Positions 15,404-30,589 of a stretch of DNA of 64,000 nt are shown piece after piece. Numbering within the stretch: the first letter of the stretch is position 1; each line of letters starts with the position of its first letter. A program made the position numbers and the translations under genes. The DNA lies in NCBI GenBank assembly GCA_964016885.1, contig OZ024745.1, forward strand, positions 41,416,001 through 41,480,000, given 5' to 3'. The notes under the pieces were generated by a model, which ran no database searches, had not been told where the DNA came from, and worked only from the letters and a program-made list of their open reading frames with translations. The DNA comes from Eledone cirrhosa. Lineage: Eukaryota.

Positions 15404-15817
15404 CATACATACATACATACATACATACATACATACATACATACATACATACATACATACATCACAAACATACATGTACACATCACATACGCAGCTCGAG
15501 AAAGGAACTGAGTGTGTACTTAAGTATTTATAAATATGCATGTATGCCAGAAAGGAATGATTTCCCTCCGCCATACTTCATGTTGACCGTAACAGAACTT
15601 TGTAAAGCTACAGGCAGCTACAGTTAATGTATCATTCCTAAAGAGAAAGCACATCTCCATATTTTCTCTCTAATCCACCGGCCATCCGTTCATGATTCTA
15701 TATTGGATTCTAACAAAGAGCTTTTGCCATCTTCCACATGAATTTACTACAATTATTCTCATTTCTTTTATTATTGTTGTTATTGTTACTGCTATTTTTA
15801 TCATTGCTATTGTTGAA

Positions 15818-15968
15818 GGCGGTGGAATGGCAATATCCGAAGAGAGTCGGACAACATGCTTTCCGTTATATAGTTACGCCCCTTTACGTTCTGAGTTTAA
15901 ACTCCACCGAGGTTTGCTTTGCCATTTATCCTTACGGGGTCGATAAAATAACGTACCAGTAATGCGCT
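15818..15968 (+). mobile_element. tRNA-type SINE copy (recurrent family, Octopus-like)
   Basis: Shares ...ctgagtt(c/t)aaa..cc.ccgagg...tccttacggggtcgataaaata..gtaccagt with 35097-35285 and 51063-51250; followed by (GAA)n. Confidence 0.7.
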
Positions 15969-15969
15969 T

Positions 15970-16147
15970 GAAGAAGAAGAAAAGAAGAAGAAGAAGAAGA
16001 AGAAGAAGAAGAAGAAGAAGAAGAAAAGAAAAAGAAAAGAAGAAAAGAAGAAAAGAAGAAGAAGAAGAAGAAGAAGAAGAAGAAGAAGAAGAAGAAGAAG
16101 AAGAAGAAGAAGAAGAAGAAGAAGAAGAAGAAGAAGAAGAAGAAGAA
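15970..16147. repeat. (GAA)n microsatellite
   Basis: Seen directly in sequence. Confidence 0.95.
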
Positions 16148-16149
16148 AT

Positions 16150-16575
16150 CATTATTGTTTCTGATTTAGGCACATGGCTAACAATTTTGGCGAGAGGAAA
16201 AGTCGATTAAATCAACCCCAGTGCGTTAGTGGTACTTTATTTAATCGACGGAAGGCAAAGCTAAGCTCAGAAAATAAAAGAACGTAACTATATGCCGTGA
16301 AGCATATTATCTGACGCTCTACCGATATTACCAATCTACCACTCTATAAGACGTATAATAATAATTGTATTTGTTTCTACTTTTGGCACAAGTTCAGTAA
16401 TTTGATGGAAGGGGAAAATCGATAAAATAAACCCCTGTACTGAATTAGTCCTTTATTTTATCGACCCCAAAAGGAAGAAAGGCAAATTTGAACTTGACGG
16501 GATTTTAACTCAGAAAGTAACATCCCGTAACTAAATGTTTCAAAACATTTACCTTATGCTCTAACGATTCTGCTA
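16150..16575 (-). mobile_element. two adjacent diverged SINE copies of the same family
   Basis: 16150-16340 and 16372-16575 both begin tgtttct...ggcaca.g and contain tttatt.t.atcgac and ctcagaa...ctcta.cgat (revcomp of the SINE). Confidence 0.6.
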
Positions 16576-17049
16576 TTTGTTATATTTGCCACAAGGATAC
16601 CGAATAAGGAAGACATTAAAATGATGGGTTACATAAAGTGTGAGAGTTTGCATGAAAATGGAATAAAGAAACGAGGGAGGTATACATAGTATACAGGATG
16701 ATTATAAACAGTTCTCCTGAAACAGCAGACACCATAAACATACAGCCACTATGATCACGATGGGCGAGAGTACCCACTTCTGATTTTCTTTCTCCAACCT
16801 ACAGGCTAGTGCTTCGTGTACAACCATTATCTCTTGCCATTCGCTATATATCTTTATATAATTCACTAGAGGAGAGTAGCTCCTTCTCCACTCTCGCCTT
16901 TCTCTTCAAATGGGACCTGAAAAGAAAACAATGTTGTTCCTGACGTTGTTTTCTTCACTTTCTCAGTTACCTGCCCCTTGTTTCTCATTAACTTACTCTT
17001 TTTGTTATTTTTGTTTCATTTTCAGTTTGGCTTTTAGTATTCCTTTTAA

Positions 17050-17186
17050 TCTTGTTGCTGTTGTTACTGCACTTATTGTTTCTGTCGTTGTTGCTGTTGT
17101 GGTTGTGATTGATACTGGTTTTGTTGCTGCTGCTTTTACCGTTGTTTCTCTGTAAATTGTGTTGTTGTTGAGGCTATTGTAGTTGT

Positions 17187-17218
<32 letters not shown>

Positions 17219-17660
17219 GGTGGTGGTAATGATGGTGGCGGTGGTGACAGTGTTTTACTGCTGAAGTTGTTGCAGCAATATACTGAAGTCGTTGCAGATG
17301 TTATTGTTGTTGTTGCTGTTTTGCCATGGTTGTTTATGCTATGGTTGTTGCTGTTGTTGATGTTATTGCTGCTGTTGATGTTGATGTGTGTTGTTGTTGC
17401 TGCTGTTGTTGTGGTTGTGATTGATGCTGCTGATGTTGCTTCTGCTGTTGATGTTGCTGCTGTTGTTTTCCTTGTTAATTCAGCTCTTGCTGTTGTTGTT
17501 GTTGTTGGTGGTGGTGGTGTTGTTGTTGCTGTGTTGTGTTTGATGCTAATGTTACTGCTGTTGCTTTTCAGTTTTTGTCGAAGTTTGTGGTGGAGAGAAT
17601 TTTGTTACTGTTGTTATGCTGTTGTTGTTACTGCTGTTGTTGTTACTGCTGTTGTTGGTT
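17050..17660. repeat. degenerate (GTT)/(GCT)/(GGT) trinucleotide low-complexity tract
   Basis: Seen directly in sequence. Confidence 0.9.
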
Positions 17661-18034
17661 GTGAGAGGAAGGTCGTTTTTTTATATCCTTTGATATAATC
17701 TAAACAAAGAGAACGAAAGAGATAGATAGAAAGAGAGATAAAGTGAGAGAAAATTGAAAAGAGATAGAGAGATAGAATAAGTTTTCTCAGTTTTCAATAC
17801 ATCACTTAACTTTCCATTTCTTGTTGTTTTTTTGCTATCTGTGTTTATCACATTCCATTTTTGTTTACTTCTTATGGAAGCTACCTTCGTGTATCCACCT
17901 TCATAATTGTATTATTATTATCATCATCATCATCACTATTATTATTATTGTTATTATTTTTATTATTATTATCTCTATCTCTCTCCATCTCTCTATGGAT
18001 TGTTTATACATACATGTATGATTATATATATTTG

Positions 18035-18158
<124 letters not shown>

Positions 18159-18265
18159 TTTATATATATATACACACACATTTATATATTTATATATATA
18201 TATATATATACGCATATAAATATGCACATATATATATATGTATATATGTATATATATATATATAA

Positions 18266-18305
<40 letters not shown>

Positions 18306-18313
18306 TATACATA

Positions 18314-18361
<48 letters not shown>

Positions 18362-19191
18362 TATAAATATACATGCTCATAAATATATATATCCATATCC
18401 ATATTTTTCCTTCTTTCATTCATTGATCGTATGCCTTAATTGTTCTATGGTTCTATGGTTCGTTCTTCCACTCTTCCTTCCTTACTTTATTTGCCAATCT
18501 CTGCCATCTTTCAGACGACCTTTCCATTTATCTACCTGTCTCTCTTACTTCTCAGGATCCTTGTTTATCCCTTTTCAGTCCCACTTAATCCCTTTCTTCC
18601 GAAACTCTGCAATACTTCAATCTCTACCTTCATTATTATTTCTTCCAATCCATTTACAGATTTTTTATTATTTTATTTTTCATCTCTCTCGCTCCTTATC
18701 TCTCTCTCTCTCTCTCTTTATATATATATATATATATATATTTCTCTCTCACCCCCTCTCTCTCTCTCTATTTCTCTCTGTCTCTCTATATATATGTGTG
18801 TGTGTGTTTGAAGATACGAAGGTATCTGCATAAATATGCATGTATTTGTATGTATGCGTGTATGTCGGTATATGTATATATATATATATATATATAGATA
18901 TATATATATTACATACATACATACATTTAAATACGTATATACTTATACATACGTATCTACACACACCCACATTCTCGCGCACGCCCGCAATCACACACAG
19001 ACACACACATACATACATATTTCATTCATATCTCTCAGTAATCCTTTTCTTTCACTCTCATCATCTAATGTTTTCTTATTCTCTTTTCTCTTTTTTCCTC
19101 TTATTTTTCTCATTTTTCTTTCCACTTTCTCCCAGAAATAGCCATATTCCATATGAAAGCTTTTACCGTATAACCGCATCTTCCAATTGAC

Positions 19192-19261
<70 letters not shown>

Positions 19262-19292
19262 ATATGTACACACACACACACATATATATATG

Positions 19293-19360
<68 letters not shown>

Positions 19361-19391
19361 ATATGTACACACACACACACATATATATATG

Positions 19392-19439
<48 letters not shown>

Positions 19440-19466
19440 CATATATATATGTGTGTGTGTGTGTAC

Positions 19467-19537
<71 letters not shown>

Positions 19538-19654
19538 TATGTGTGTGTGTGTGTTTGTACATATGTATACATATATACAGAAATATATATATATATATAT
19601 ACATCAATATTTATATAAATATATAAATAAATATATATATACACGCACACACAT

Positions 19655-19708
<54 letters not shown>

Positions 19709-19786
19709 TTGTATACAATCATGACTGTTTGTAATCGTTGCAAAAGCTTGGGTCTAGTATCGTCAATTATATCATCGTAATTGTTG

Positions 19787-19843
<57 letters not shown>

Positions 19844-20200
19844 CAGTCACCACTAACACAAACACCAACAATCCTATCATCATCATCATCATCATCATCA
19901 TAAATATCATCATTATTCTCATAATCATCACCAACATCATCCTCAACATTATTATGAGTATCATCATTATCATCCTCAACTTCATCATAATAATCATCAA
20001 CATCGCCATCGCCTTCAGCGTCATTCTCATCATCAGCCTCGTCTTCGTCATTCTCAGAATTATTATCATCATTCGCATTACCATTTTCCTCATCTTCAGC
20101 ACCATCGGCATCATCATAAGACTCAACGAGATAATAGACGAAGTCGTTGCACTCGCCGTCGTCCTTATTACCAACAGCGAATAAAACAACAACAAGCAAG
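19787..20200. repeat. (CAT)n and degenerate trinucleotide tract (duplicated at 24037-24450)
   Basis: Seen directly in sequence; it produces the spurious poly-D/poly-I/poly-M ORFs. Confidence 0.9.
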
Positions 20201-20210
20201 ATTCTATACA

Positions 20211-21245
20211 AACAGTATGGAATATATGTATAAATGTATAGGAGCTACAACAACAACTAAAGAAAGACAATAACAAACAGTATGGAATATATGTATAAAT
20301 GTATAGGAGCTACAACAACAACTAAAGAAAGACAATAACAAACAGTATGGAATATATGTATAAATGTATAGGAGCTACAACAACAACTAAAGAAAGACAA
20401 AAACAAACAGTATGGAATATATGTATAAATGTATAGGAGCTACAACAACAACTAAAGAAAGACAATAACAAACAGTATGGAATATATGTATAAATGTATA
20501 GGAGCTACAACAACAACTAAAGAAAGACAAAAACAAACAGTATGGAATATATGTATAAGTGTATAGGAGCTACAACAACAACTAAAGAAAGACAAAAACA
20601 AACAGTATGGAATATATGTATAAATGTATAGGAGCTACAACAACAACTAAAGAAAGACAATAACAAACAGTATGGAATATATGTATAAATGTATAGGAGC
20701 TACAACAACAACTAAAGAAAGACAAAAACAAACAGTATGGAATATATGTATAAATGTATAGGAGCTACAACAACAACTAAAGAAAGACAATAACAAACAG
20801 TATGGAATATATGTATAAATGTATAGGAGCTACAACAACAACTAAAGAAAGACAAAAACATACAGTATGGAATATATGTATAAATGTATAGGAGCTACAA
20901 CAACAACTAAAGAAAGACAAAAACAAACAGTATGGAATATATGTATAAATGTATAGGAGCTACAACAACAACTAAAGAAAGACAAAAACAAACAGTATGG
21001 AATATATGTATAAATATATAGGAGCTACAACAACAACTAAAGAAAGACAAAAACAAACAGTATGGAATATATGTATAAATGTATAGGAGCTACAACAACA
21101 ACTAAAGAAAGACAAAAACAAACAGTATGGAATATATGTATAAATGTATAGGAGCTACAACAACAACTAAAGAAAGACAAAAACAAACAGTATGGAATAT
21201 ATGTATAAATGTATAGGAGCTACAAAAACAACTAAAGAAAGACAA
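20211..21245. repeat. 65-bp minisatellite, 16 copies
   Basis: Unit AACAGTATGGAATATATGTATAAATGTATAGGAGCTACAACAACAACTAAAGAAAGACAA(T/A)AACA starts at 20211, 20276, 20341 ... 21186. Confidence 0.97.
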
Positions 21246-21371
21246 ACAATCCAAAGTCTAAAACAACCAAGCTAAGAACAACATCAAATGCGTATAACCA
21301 TCGACTACAACAACAACAATATCAACAATATGGACAGAAACCTAAAGCAAATTTAACAAAAAGACAATTAG

Positions 21372-21406
<35 letters not shown>

Positions 21407-21421
21407 ATATGTGTGTGTATA

Positions 21422-21562
<141 letters not shown>

Positions 21563-21566
21563 ATAC

Positions 21567-21600
<34 letters not shown>

Positions 21601-21604
21601 ATAC

Positions 21605-21660
<56 letters not shown>

Positions 21661-21737
21661 ATGTGTGTGGGTGTGTCTGTGTGTGTATGTTTATATATAT
21701 ATATAGAAGGTAGAGGATTGTGGTTGTTATGAGTATG

Positions 21738-21794
<57 letters not shown>

Positions 21795-21899
21795 GTGTGT
21801 GTAAAGAGAGAGTGGTAGAGAATGCGAGAGACCATTCATATATGAAAATGCATATATGTATATATATCTGTGGTTGTGTGAGTCTGTTTGTAGGCATGC

Positions 21900-21958
<59 letters not shown>

Positions 21959-22215
21959 TGTATATATATATATGTATATATGTATTACGTTTGTATGTAC
22001 GTATTTATACAACGGTGGTAGAAAGTGATACAAGATATTCTCCTATTATCCCACATATATCATACTATTCCTTTCCAAACATTTGAACAATAACAGCATA
22101 GAATATGCATGAAAATCGACAGATGTTAACATGTGATTCTGGAAAATATGCATAAACCCCAGGTCTATGCATATTTAATAACCGATATACCCACTATAGT
22201 ATATATATATATGCA

Positions 22216-22278
<63 letters not shown>

Positions 22279-22289
22279 TCATTCATCAT

Positions 22290-22620
22290 CATTTCATTTT
22301 ACGTCCGCTTTTTCCCTGCTTGCAAGGGTGGGACGTGAACTGATTCTGGCTTGATTTCTACAGCTCGATACCCTTCCTACCACCAACCCCATTTACAGTG
22401 AGTGCTGGGTGCTTTTTTGATGTGGCACCTCCACGATCACTTTGCAGTGGAGTGATATGGACGCCAGTCCCTATCATCTCATTTCTACAGCTGAGTAAAC
22501 TGGAGCAATGTGAAATAAAGTGTCTTGCTCAAGGAAACAACACATCACCCGGTCTGAGAATTGAACTCACAACCTTTCGATTGCAGGACCAATGCTCTAA
22601 CCACTAAGCCATATACCTCC
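22290..22620 (-). mobile_element. tRNA-derived SINE(s) with CORE-like segment (duplicated at 26544-26874)
   Basis: Revcomp ATGGCTTAGTGGTTAGAGCATTGG (A box)...GTGAGTTCAATTCTCAG (B box)...TTCCTTGAGCAAGACACTT. Confidence 0.7.
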
Positions 22621-22689
22621 ATATATATATATATATATATGCAAATACATACATATACATATATATATATATATAAATGTATATATATT

Positions 22690-23215
22690 TAAATGGAAAA
22701 AATGAAATTTCATTTCTCACTCTTAGTACGGCTGATGTATGTATGTATATACATACTACTGTACGTCTGTATACATATATGTATGTACATATACATACTT
22801 ATATTTAAGTAACAGCCGTACTAAGATTGAGAAATGAAATTTCATTTTTTCCATTTATCGTTTTCGGTACACCCGGCCGACTAACTCACTCAATATGCAA
22901 ATTAGGCTGCTCAGCCGTTAATATGCATAAGGAAAGTATATACTTTCAAACGTTCAATCGATTGACAGGAAGTTATACGGTGCTGATGACAGCTAATAAG
23001 CTAGAAACTAGTTCATCGTTCCTTTGTCAGTGTTGAACAAAGGGGCAACGATGGTTGCCGAACACTGTACGGCTAATAATTCGGGCTGCTTTTTACAAAC
23101 AAACCGAGCATTATAATAAATGTTCGGTAAACCCATACGTACATATATATATGTGTGCATGTATGTATATACATACTAGTCTGTATACATATATGTATTT
23201 ACGTATACATACTTA
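22690..23215 (+). mobile_element. Family A HHR element with short inverted 5' piece and partial tandem
   Basis: 22692-22735 is the revcomp of 22815-22857; monomer about 420 bp; HHR at 22977-23019. Confidence 0.8.
22977..23019 (+). ncRNA. minimal type I hammerhead ribozyme (family A)
   Basis: ACGGTG-CTGATGA-c AGCT aata AGCT a-GAAA-CTAG-TT-CATCGT. Confidence 0.75.
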
Positions 23216-23237
23216 TATATATATGTATATATATTTG

Positions 23238-23302
<65 letters not shown>

Positions 23303-23343
23303 ATATATTTATATATATATATATATATTTGTATATATATTTG

Positions 23344-23374
<31 letters not shown>

Positions 23375-23517
23375 ATATATTTATATATATATATATATAT
23401 TTGTATATATTTATATATATATATATATATATTTGTATATATATATATATATATATATATTTGTATATATATATATATATATATATATTTGTATATATAT
23501 ATATATATATATATATT

Positions 23518-23610
<93 letters not shown>

Positions 23611-23641
23611 ATATGTACACACACACACACATATATATATG

Positions 23642-23689
<48 letters not shown>

Positions 23690-23716
23690 CATATATATAT
23701 GTGTGTGTGTGTGTAC

Positions 23717-23787
<71 letters not shown>

Positions 23788-23904
23788 TATGTGTGTGTGT
23801 GTGTTTGTACATATGTATACATATATACAGAAATATATATATATATATATACATCAATATTTATATAAATATATAAATAAATATATATATACACGCACAC
23901 ACAT

Positions 23905-23958
<54 letters not shown>

Positions 23959-24036
23959 TTGTATACAATCATGACTGTTTGTAATCGTTGCAAAAGCTTG
24001 GGTCTAGTATCGTCAATTATATCATCGTAATTGTTG

Positions 24037-24093
<57 letters not shown>

Positions 24094-24460
24094 CAGTCAC
24101 CACTAACACAAACACCAACAATCCTATCATCATCATCATCATCATCATCATAAATATCATCATTATTCTCATAATCATCACCAACATCATCCTCAACATT
24201 ATTATGAGTATCATCATTATCATCCTCAACTTCATCATAATAATCATCAACATCGCCATCGCCTTCAGCGTCATTCTCATCATCAGCCTCGTCTTCGTCA
24301 TTCTCAGAATTATTATCATCATTCGCATTACCATTTTCCTCATCTTCAGCACCATCGGCATCATCATAAGACTCAACGAGATAATAGACGAAGTCGTTGC
24401 ACTCGCCGTCGTCCTTATTACCAACAGCGAATAAAACAACAACAAGCAAGATTCTATACA

Positions 24461-25495
24461 AACAGTATGGAATATATGTATAAATGTATAGGAGCTACAA
24501 CAACAACTAAAGAAAGACAATAACAAACAGTATGGAATATATGTATAAATGTATAGGAGCTACAACAACAACTAAAGAAAGACAATAACAAACAGTATGG
24601 AATATATGTATAAATGTATAGGAGCTACAACAACAACTAAAGAAAGACAAAAACAAACAGTATGGAATATATGTATAAATGTATAGGAGCTACAACAACA
24701 ACTAAAGAAAGACAATAACAAACAGTATGGAATATATGTATAAATGTATAGGAGCTACAACAACAACTAAAGAAAGACAAAAACAAACAGTATGGAATAT
24801 ATGTATAAGTGTATAGGAGCTACAACAACAACTAAAGAAAGACAAAAACAAACAGTATGGAATATATGTATAAATGTATAGGAGCTACAACAACAACTAA
24901 AGAAAGACAATAACAAACAGTATGGAATATATGTATAAATGTATAGGAGCTACAACAACAACTAAAGAAAGACAAAAACAAACAGTATGGAATATATGTA
25001 TAAATGTATAGGAGCTACAACAACAACTAAAGAAAGACAATAACAAACAGTATGGAATATATGTATAAATGTATAGGAGCTACAACAACAACTAAAGAAA
25101 GACAAAAACATACAGTATGGAATATATGTATAAATGTATAGGAGCTACAACAACAACTAAAGAAAGACAAAAACAAACAGTATGGAATATATGTATAAAT
25201 GTATAGGAGCTACAACAACAACTAAAGAAAGACAAAAACAAACAGTATGGAATATATGTATAAATATATAGGAGCTACAACAACAACTAAAGAAAGACAA
25301 AAACAAACAGTATGGAATATATGTATAAATGTATAGGAGCTACAACAACAACTAAAGAAAGACAAAAACAAACAGTATGGAATATATGTATAAATGTATA
25401 GGAGCTACAACAACAACTAAAGAAAGACAAAAACAAACAGTATGGAATATATGTATAAATGTATAGGAGCTACAAAAACAACTAAAGAAAGACAA
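24461..25495. repeat. 65-bp minisatellite, 16 copies (duplicate)
   Basis: Identical to 20211-21245 at offset 4250. Confidence 0.97.
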
Positions 25496-25621
25496 ACAAT
25501 CCAAAGTCTAAAACAACCAAGCTAAGAACAACATCAAATGCGTATAACCATCGACTACAACAACAACAATATCAACAATATGGACAGAAACCTAAAGCAA
25601 ATTTAACAAAAAGACAATTAG

Positions 25622-25656
<35 letters not shown>

Positions 25657-25671
25657 ATATGTGTGTGTATA

Positions 25672-25816
<145 letters not shown>

Positions 25817-25820
25817 ATAC

Positions 25821-25854
<34 letters not shown>

Positions 25855-25858
25855 ATAC

Positions 25859-25914
<56 letters not shown>

Positions 25915-25991
25915 ATGTGTGTGGGTGTGTCTGTGTGTGTATGTTTATATATATATATAGAAGGTAGAGGATTGTGGTTGTTATGAGTATG

Positions 25992-26048
<57 letters not shown>

Positions 26049-26153
26049 GTGTGTGTAAAGAGAGAGTGGTAGAGAATGCGAGAGACCATTCATATATGAA
26101 AATGCATATATGTATATATATCTGTGGTTGTGTGAGTCTGTTTGTAGGCATGC

Positions 26154-26212
<59 letters not shown>

Positions 26213-26469
26213 TGTATATATATATATGTATATATGTATTACGTTTGTATGTACGTATTTATACAACGGTGGTAGAAAGTGATACAAGATATTCTCCTAT
26301 TATCCCACATATATCATACTATTCCTTTCCAAACATTTGAACAATAACAGCATAGAATATGCATGAAAATCGACAGATGTTAACATGTGATTCTGGAAAA
26401 TATGCATAAACCCCAGGTCTATGCATATTTAATAACCGATATACCCACTATAGTATATATATATATGCA

Positions 26470-26532
<63 letters not shown>

Positions 26533-26943
26533 TCATTCATCATCATTTCATTTTACGTCCGCTTTTTCCCTGCTTGCAAGGGTGGGACGTGAACTGATTC
26601 TGGCTTGATTTCTACAGCTCGATACCCTTCCTACCACCAACCCCATTTACAGTGAGTGCTGGGTGCTTTTTTGATGTGGCACCTCCACGATCACTTTGCA
26701 GTGGAGTGATATGGACGCCAGTCCCTATCATCTCATTTCTACAGCTGAGTAAACTGGAGCAATGTGAAATAAAGTGTCTTGCTCAAGGAAACAACACATC
26801 ACCCGGTCTGAGAATTGAACTCACAACCTTTCGATTGCAGGACCAATGCTCTAACCACTAAGCCATATACCTCCATATATATATATATATATATGCAAAT
26901 ACATACATATACATATATATATATATATAAATGTATATATATT

Positions 26944-27470
26944 TAAATGGAAAAAATGAAATTTCATTTCTCACTCTTAGTACGGCTGATGTATGTATGT
27001 ATATACATACTACTGTACGTCTGTATACATATATGTATGTACATATACATACTTATATTTAAGTAACAGCCGTACTAAGATTGAGAAATGAAATTTCATT
27101 TTTTCCATTTATCGTTTTCGGTACACCCGGCCGACTAACTCACTCAATATGCAAATTAGGCTGCTCAGCCGTTAATATGCATAAGGAAAGTATATACTTT
27201 CAAACGTTCAATCGATTGACAGGAAGTTATACGGTGCTGATGACAGCTAATAAGCTAGAAACTAGTTCATCGTTCCTTTGTCAGTGTTGAACAAAGGGGC
27301 AACGATGGTTGCCGAACACTGTACGGCTAATAATTCGGGCTGCTTTTTACAAACAAACCGAGCATTATAATAAATGTTCGGTAAACCCATACGTACATAT
27401 ATATATGTGTGCATGTATGTATATACATACTAGTCTGTATACATATATGTATTTACGTATACATACTTAT
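26944..27470 (+). mobile_element. Family A HHR element (duplicate copy; HHR at 27231-27273)
   Basis: Identical to 22690-23215 at offset 4254. Confidence 0.8.
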
Positions 27471-27491
27471 ATATATATGTATATATATTTG

Positions 27492-27556
<65 letters not shown>

Positions 27557-27597
27557 ATATATTTATATATATATATATATATTTGTATATATATTTG

Positions 27598-27628
<31 letters not shown>

Positions 27629-27687
27629 ATATATTTATATATATATATATATATTTGTATATATTTATATATATATATATATATATT

Positions 27688-27722
<35 letters not shown>

Positions 27723-27775
27723 ATATATATATATATATATATATATTTGTATATATATATATATATATATATATT

Positions 27776-27904
<129 letters not shown>

Positions 27905-28113
27905 CGTTTCTGAATTTGTTTAGCAAGATTCTTTATCTGAAAACGTGTGTTGAAACCGATATTGTTATGCTTTGGGAGGGTCTGTTGCCAATAAGAAACA
28001 CACGCACCAGTTACTTTCACTCCAATTTATTATAAATTAAATTTATAAATTTAAGTATTTATAAATTTCCGGTTGGTTGGTTGGTTCCATAACCGGACAG
28101 TTGTTCATATATT

Positions 28114-28156
28114 GTCAAAGTTCTTTCGTCACACATTCTGTGACCTCTTCAGTGAC
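28114..28156 (-). ncRNA. minimal type I hammerhead ribozyme in PLE pseudo-LTR (family E)
   Basis: Revcomp GTCA-CTGAAGA-g-GTCACA gaatg TGTGAC-GAAA-GAAC-TT-TGAC. Confidence 0.75.
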
Positions 28157-28401
28157 TGGGGATTCTTTTCTTTGTTTTTGTGCCTCTCCTTTGTTCTGTC
28201 CTACGCCATCTTGTTTTTGTGTTAGTTGCGTGCTTAGTTTGCGCATATGTTACATCCGGGTGTCTGTGTGTGTTTATATTTGTCTATTTATTTGTTTGTT
28301 TACATGTTACTGGTTGGTTGTTTGTTCTATGTGTGTGTGTGTTTTCATTTTGTCCTTAATTGTAAGTTGTGATGTTGCTATTCCATTCATGTTTTCTATT
28401 T

Positions 28402-28980
28402 AATTTTGGTTGGAGTTCATTTTGTTTATTGCTTCTGTGATTTGTCTAAACATTGCGTCTTTTCTGTGTAGATTCTATTTTCATTTCTGTTCTCTAATTT
28501 GCCCTTATGTACTATTTTAGCATATTGGTGGAGTATTGATGATTTTTTTTTATCTTGAAGTTCTTGCCAGTGTTCATTTATCCGTTCTCCTATACTACGA
28601 GCTGTCTCACCTATGTACACTATATTCTTATCTTTACATTGTCCTTCAGTACATCTTATGCTATATACTACATTTCTAGTTTTACAGTTAATATGGGGGC
28701 TTAGTTTACAGATTATGCATTTCTTATCTATACAGGGAGGTCTTTGAAAAGGGTATGTATTGCTAATAAGTGTTTTTATGGAGGTACCTGGTCTTTCTAC
28801 TATCTTAATAGTAAGTTTATGTTTATCTAGGGCCCTTCTAAATTTGTAAGCTAATTCACCTCTAGGGGTTGTATTGATGAACATTACAGTCTGGTATTTA
28901 TTGCTATCATACCATGAGTTTATTCTATTAACCTTATTCCTAGTTGTTTCTATTCTATTCCAAAATGTGCTCCTATACAA
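28402..28980 (-). pseudogene. PLE GIY-YIG endonuclease domain
   Basis: 'CIDKKCIIC..CKTRNVVYSIRC..C..IVYIGETARSIGERINEH..H..H'; frameshift near the C-terminus, which reads 'RQITEAININELQPKLNRKQEW' in the inverted copy. Confidence 0.88.
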
Positions 28981-29422
28981 GGGGCTGGTCCCTAAATGAA
29001 CACTGGCGAGAACTTCAAGATAAAAAAAAAATCGTCAATACTCCACCAACATGCTAAAATAGAACATAAGGGCAAATTAGAGAACATAGAAATAAAAATA
29101 GAATCTCCACACAGAAAAGACGCATTGTTTAGACAAATCACAGAGGCAATAAACATAAATGAACTCCAACCAAAATTAAATAGAAAACAAGAATGGAATA
29201 GCAACATCACAACTTAAAATTAAGGACAAAATGAAAACACACACACACATAGAACAAACAACCAACCAGTAACATGTAAATAAACAAATAAATAAACAAA
29301 TATAAACACACACAGACACCCGGATGTAACACATGCGCAAACTAAGCACGCAACACACACAAAAACAAGATGGCGTAGGCCAGAACAAATGAGAGGCACA
29401 AAAACAAAGAAAAGAATCCCCA

Positions 29423-29465
29423 GTCACTGAAGAGGTCACAGAATGTGTGACGAAAGAACTTTGAC
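29423..29465 (+). ncRNA. minimal type I hammerhead ribozyme in inverted PLE arm (family E)
   Basis: GTCA-CTGAAGA-g-GTCACA gaatg TGTGAC-GAAA-GAAC-TT-TGAC. Confidence 0.75.
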
Positions 29466-29733
29466 AATATATGAACAACTGTCCGGTTATGGAACCAACC
29501 AACCAACCGGAAATTTATAAATTTAATTAATAATAAATTGGAGTGAAAGCAACTTGTGCGTGTGTTTCTTATTGGCAACAGACCCTCCCAAAGTATAACA
29601 ATATATAAATATATATATATATGTGTATATATATATGTATGCATACATATATATATGTACGCATACATATACATACAGATACACACATACATATATAGAT
29701 AGATTGATAGATATATTAATGTATATATATATG

Positions 29734-30242
29734 TGTAGCGACGCTGGTTGGTCAGTCTAGTCACTACTTCTGATCAGATCCGAGAATAGTCATTAGAAGG
29801 ACTGTTATCGCATACGGTCTGATCAGATATGAAGATAGCCCTTAAAAGAACTGTTGAGGATGGACAGACGAAAGCACAGGTTGAAAGGACGAAGCAAGGC
29901 GAGATGTAAATTCGATCAGCTATTTATTTTCACATAAAGCAACGATACGGGGTACAAGGCAATGCGTGTGTGAGTGACAAAGCGTGGCAGAGTAAAGGAA
30001 CAACGATGCGCTAGCTGACTCTGCCAAAAGTCGACTAGCGAAAGTGTTAGGGACCACTCTATTTATACAGGAACAATCCTTTGTTGTTTAGTCGATGTGT
30101 AGGCGTTTATTCTGGTAGGTTCTAATTCTAGTAGGTTCTAATTCTGGTAGGTTCTAAAGGTTCTTTTGTTTCACGTTGAGTAGCTAGCTCACAGGTAGAT
30201 GGCGCTGTATATTTCACAGCTGTTATTTCCGGTGGCTGTACA
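29734..30242 (-). mobile_element. probable solo LTR
   Basis: TGTAGCGAC...GTGGCTGTACA termini (TG..CA, imperfect IR). On the minus strand TATAAA (30067-30062) precedes AATAAA (29928-29923). A ~17-bp tandem triplication lies at 30110-30157. GC content is higher than the flanks. Confidence 0.5.
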
Positions 30243-30261
30243 TATGTATAAATATATATAC

Positions 30262-30299
<38 letters not shown>

Positions 30300-30589
30300 C
30301 GGGGAGAGAGAGATAGATAGATAGACAGAGAGATTGGTAGATAGTTACATAGATGGATTGGCAGATATGTACATCTATACCACCTCGATGAACGCTATTT
30401 TACTTACTTTCAGTGGTGAGTTTTATTTTTCTTTGTGTTGTTACTGTTTAGTCAGATATAGAAAACAGTACCCATTAAACTTCTCATTCGGTCAGTGACA
30501 GACGGTAAGGTGGGACGAAGGAACCCTGAAACTAAGAATGTGGCCTCAATGTTTGCACCAGAGCGGACACCACGGAACACATACAGCAA

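Noticed and set aside
15962-17698. Poly-R/E and Val/Ala/Gly-rich ORFs
   Set aside because: (GAA)n and (GTT)/(GCT) low-complexity artefacts.
18991-20276. Signal-peptide-like, Asp-rich ORF ([14 protein letters not shown]...DDDD), reminiscent of an acidic biomineralisation protein
   Set aside because: It derives from a degenerate (CAT)n tract open in several frames and runs straight into (TA)n; no support as a real gene without transcript data.
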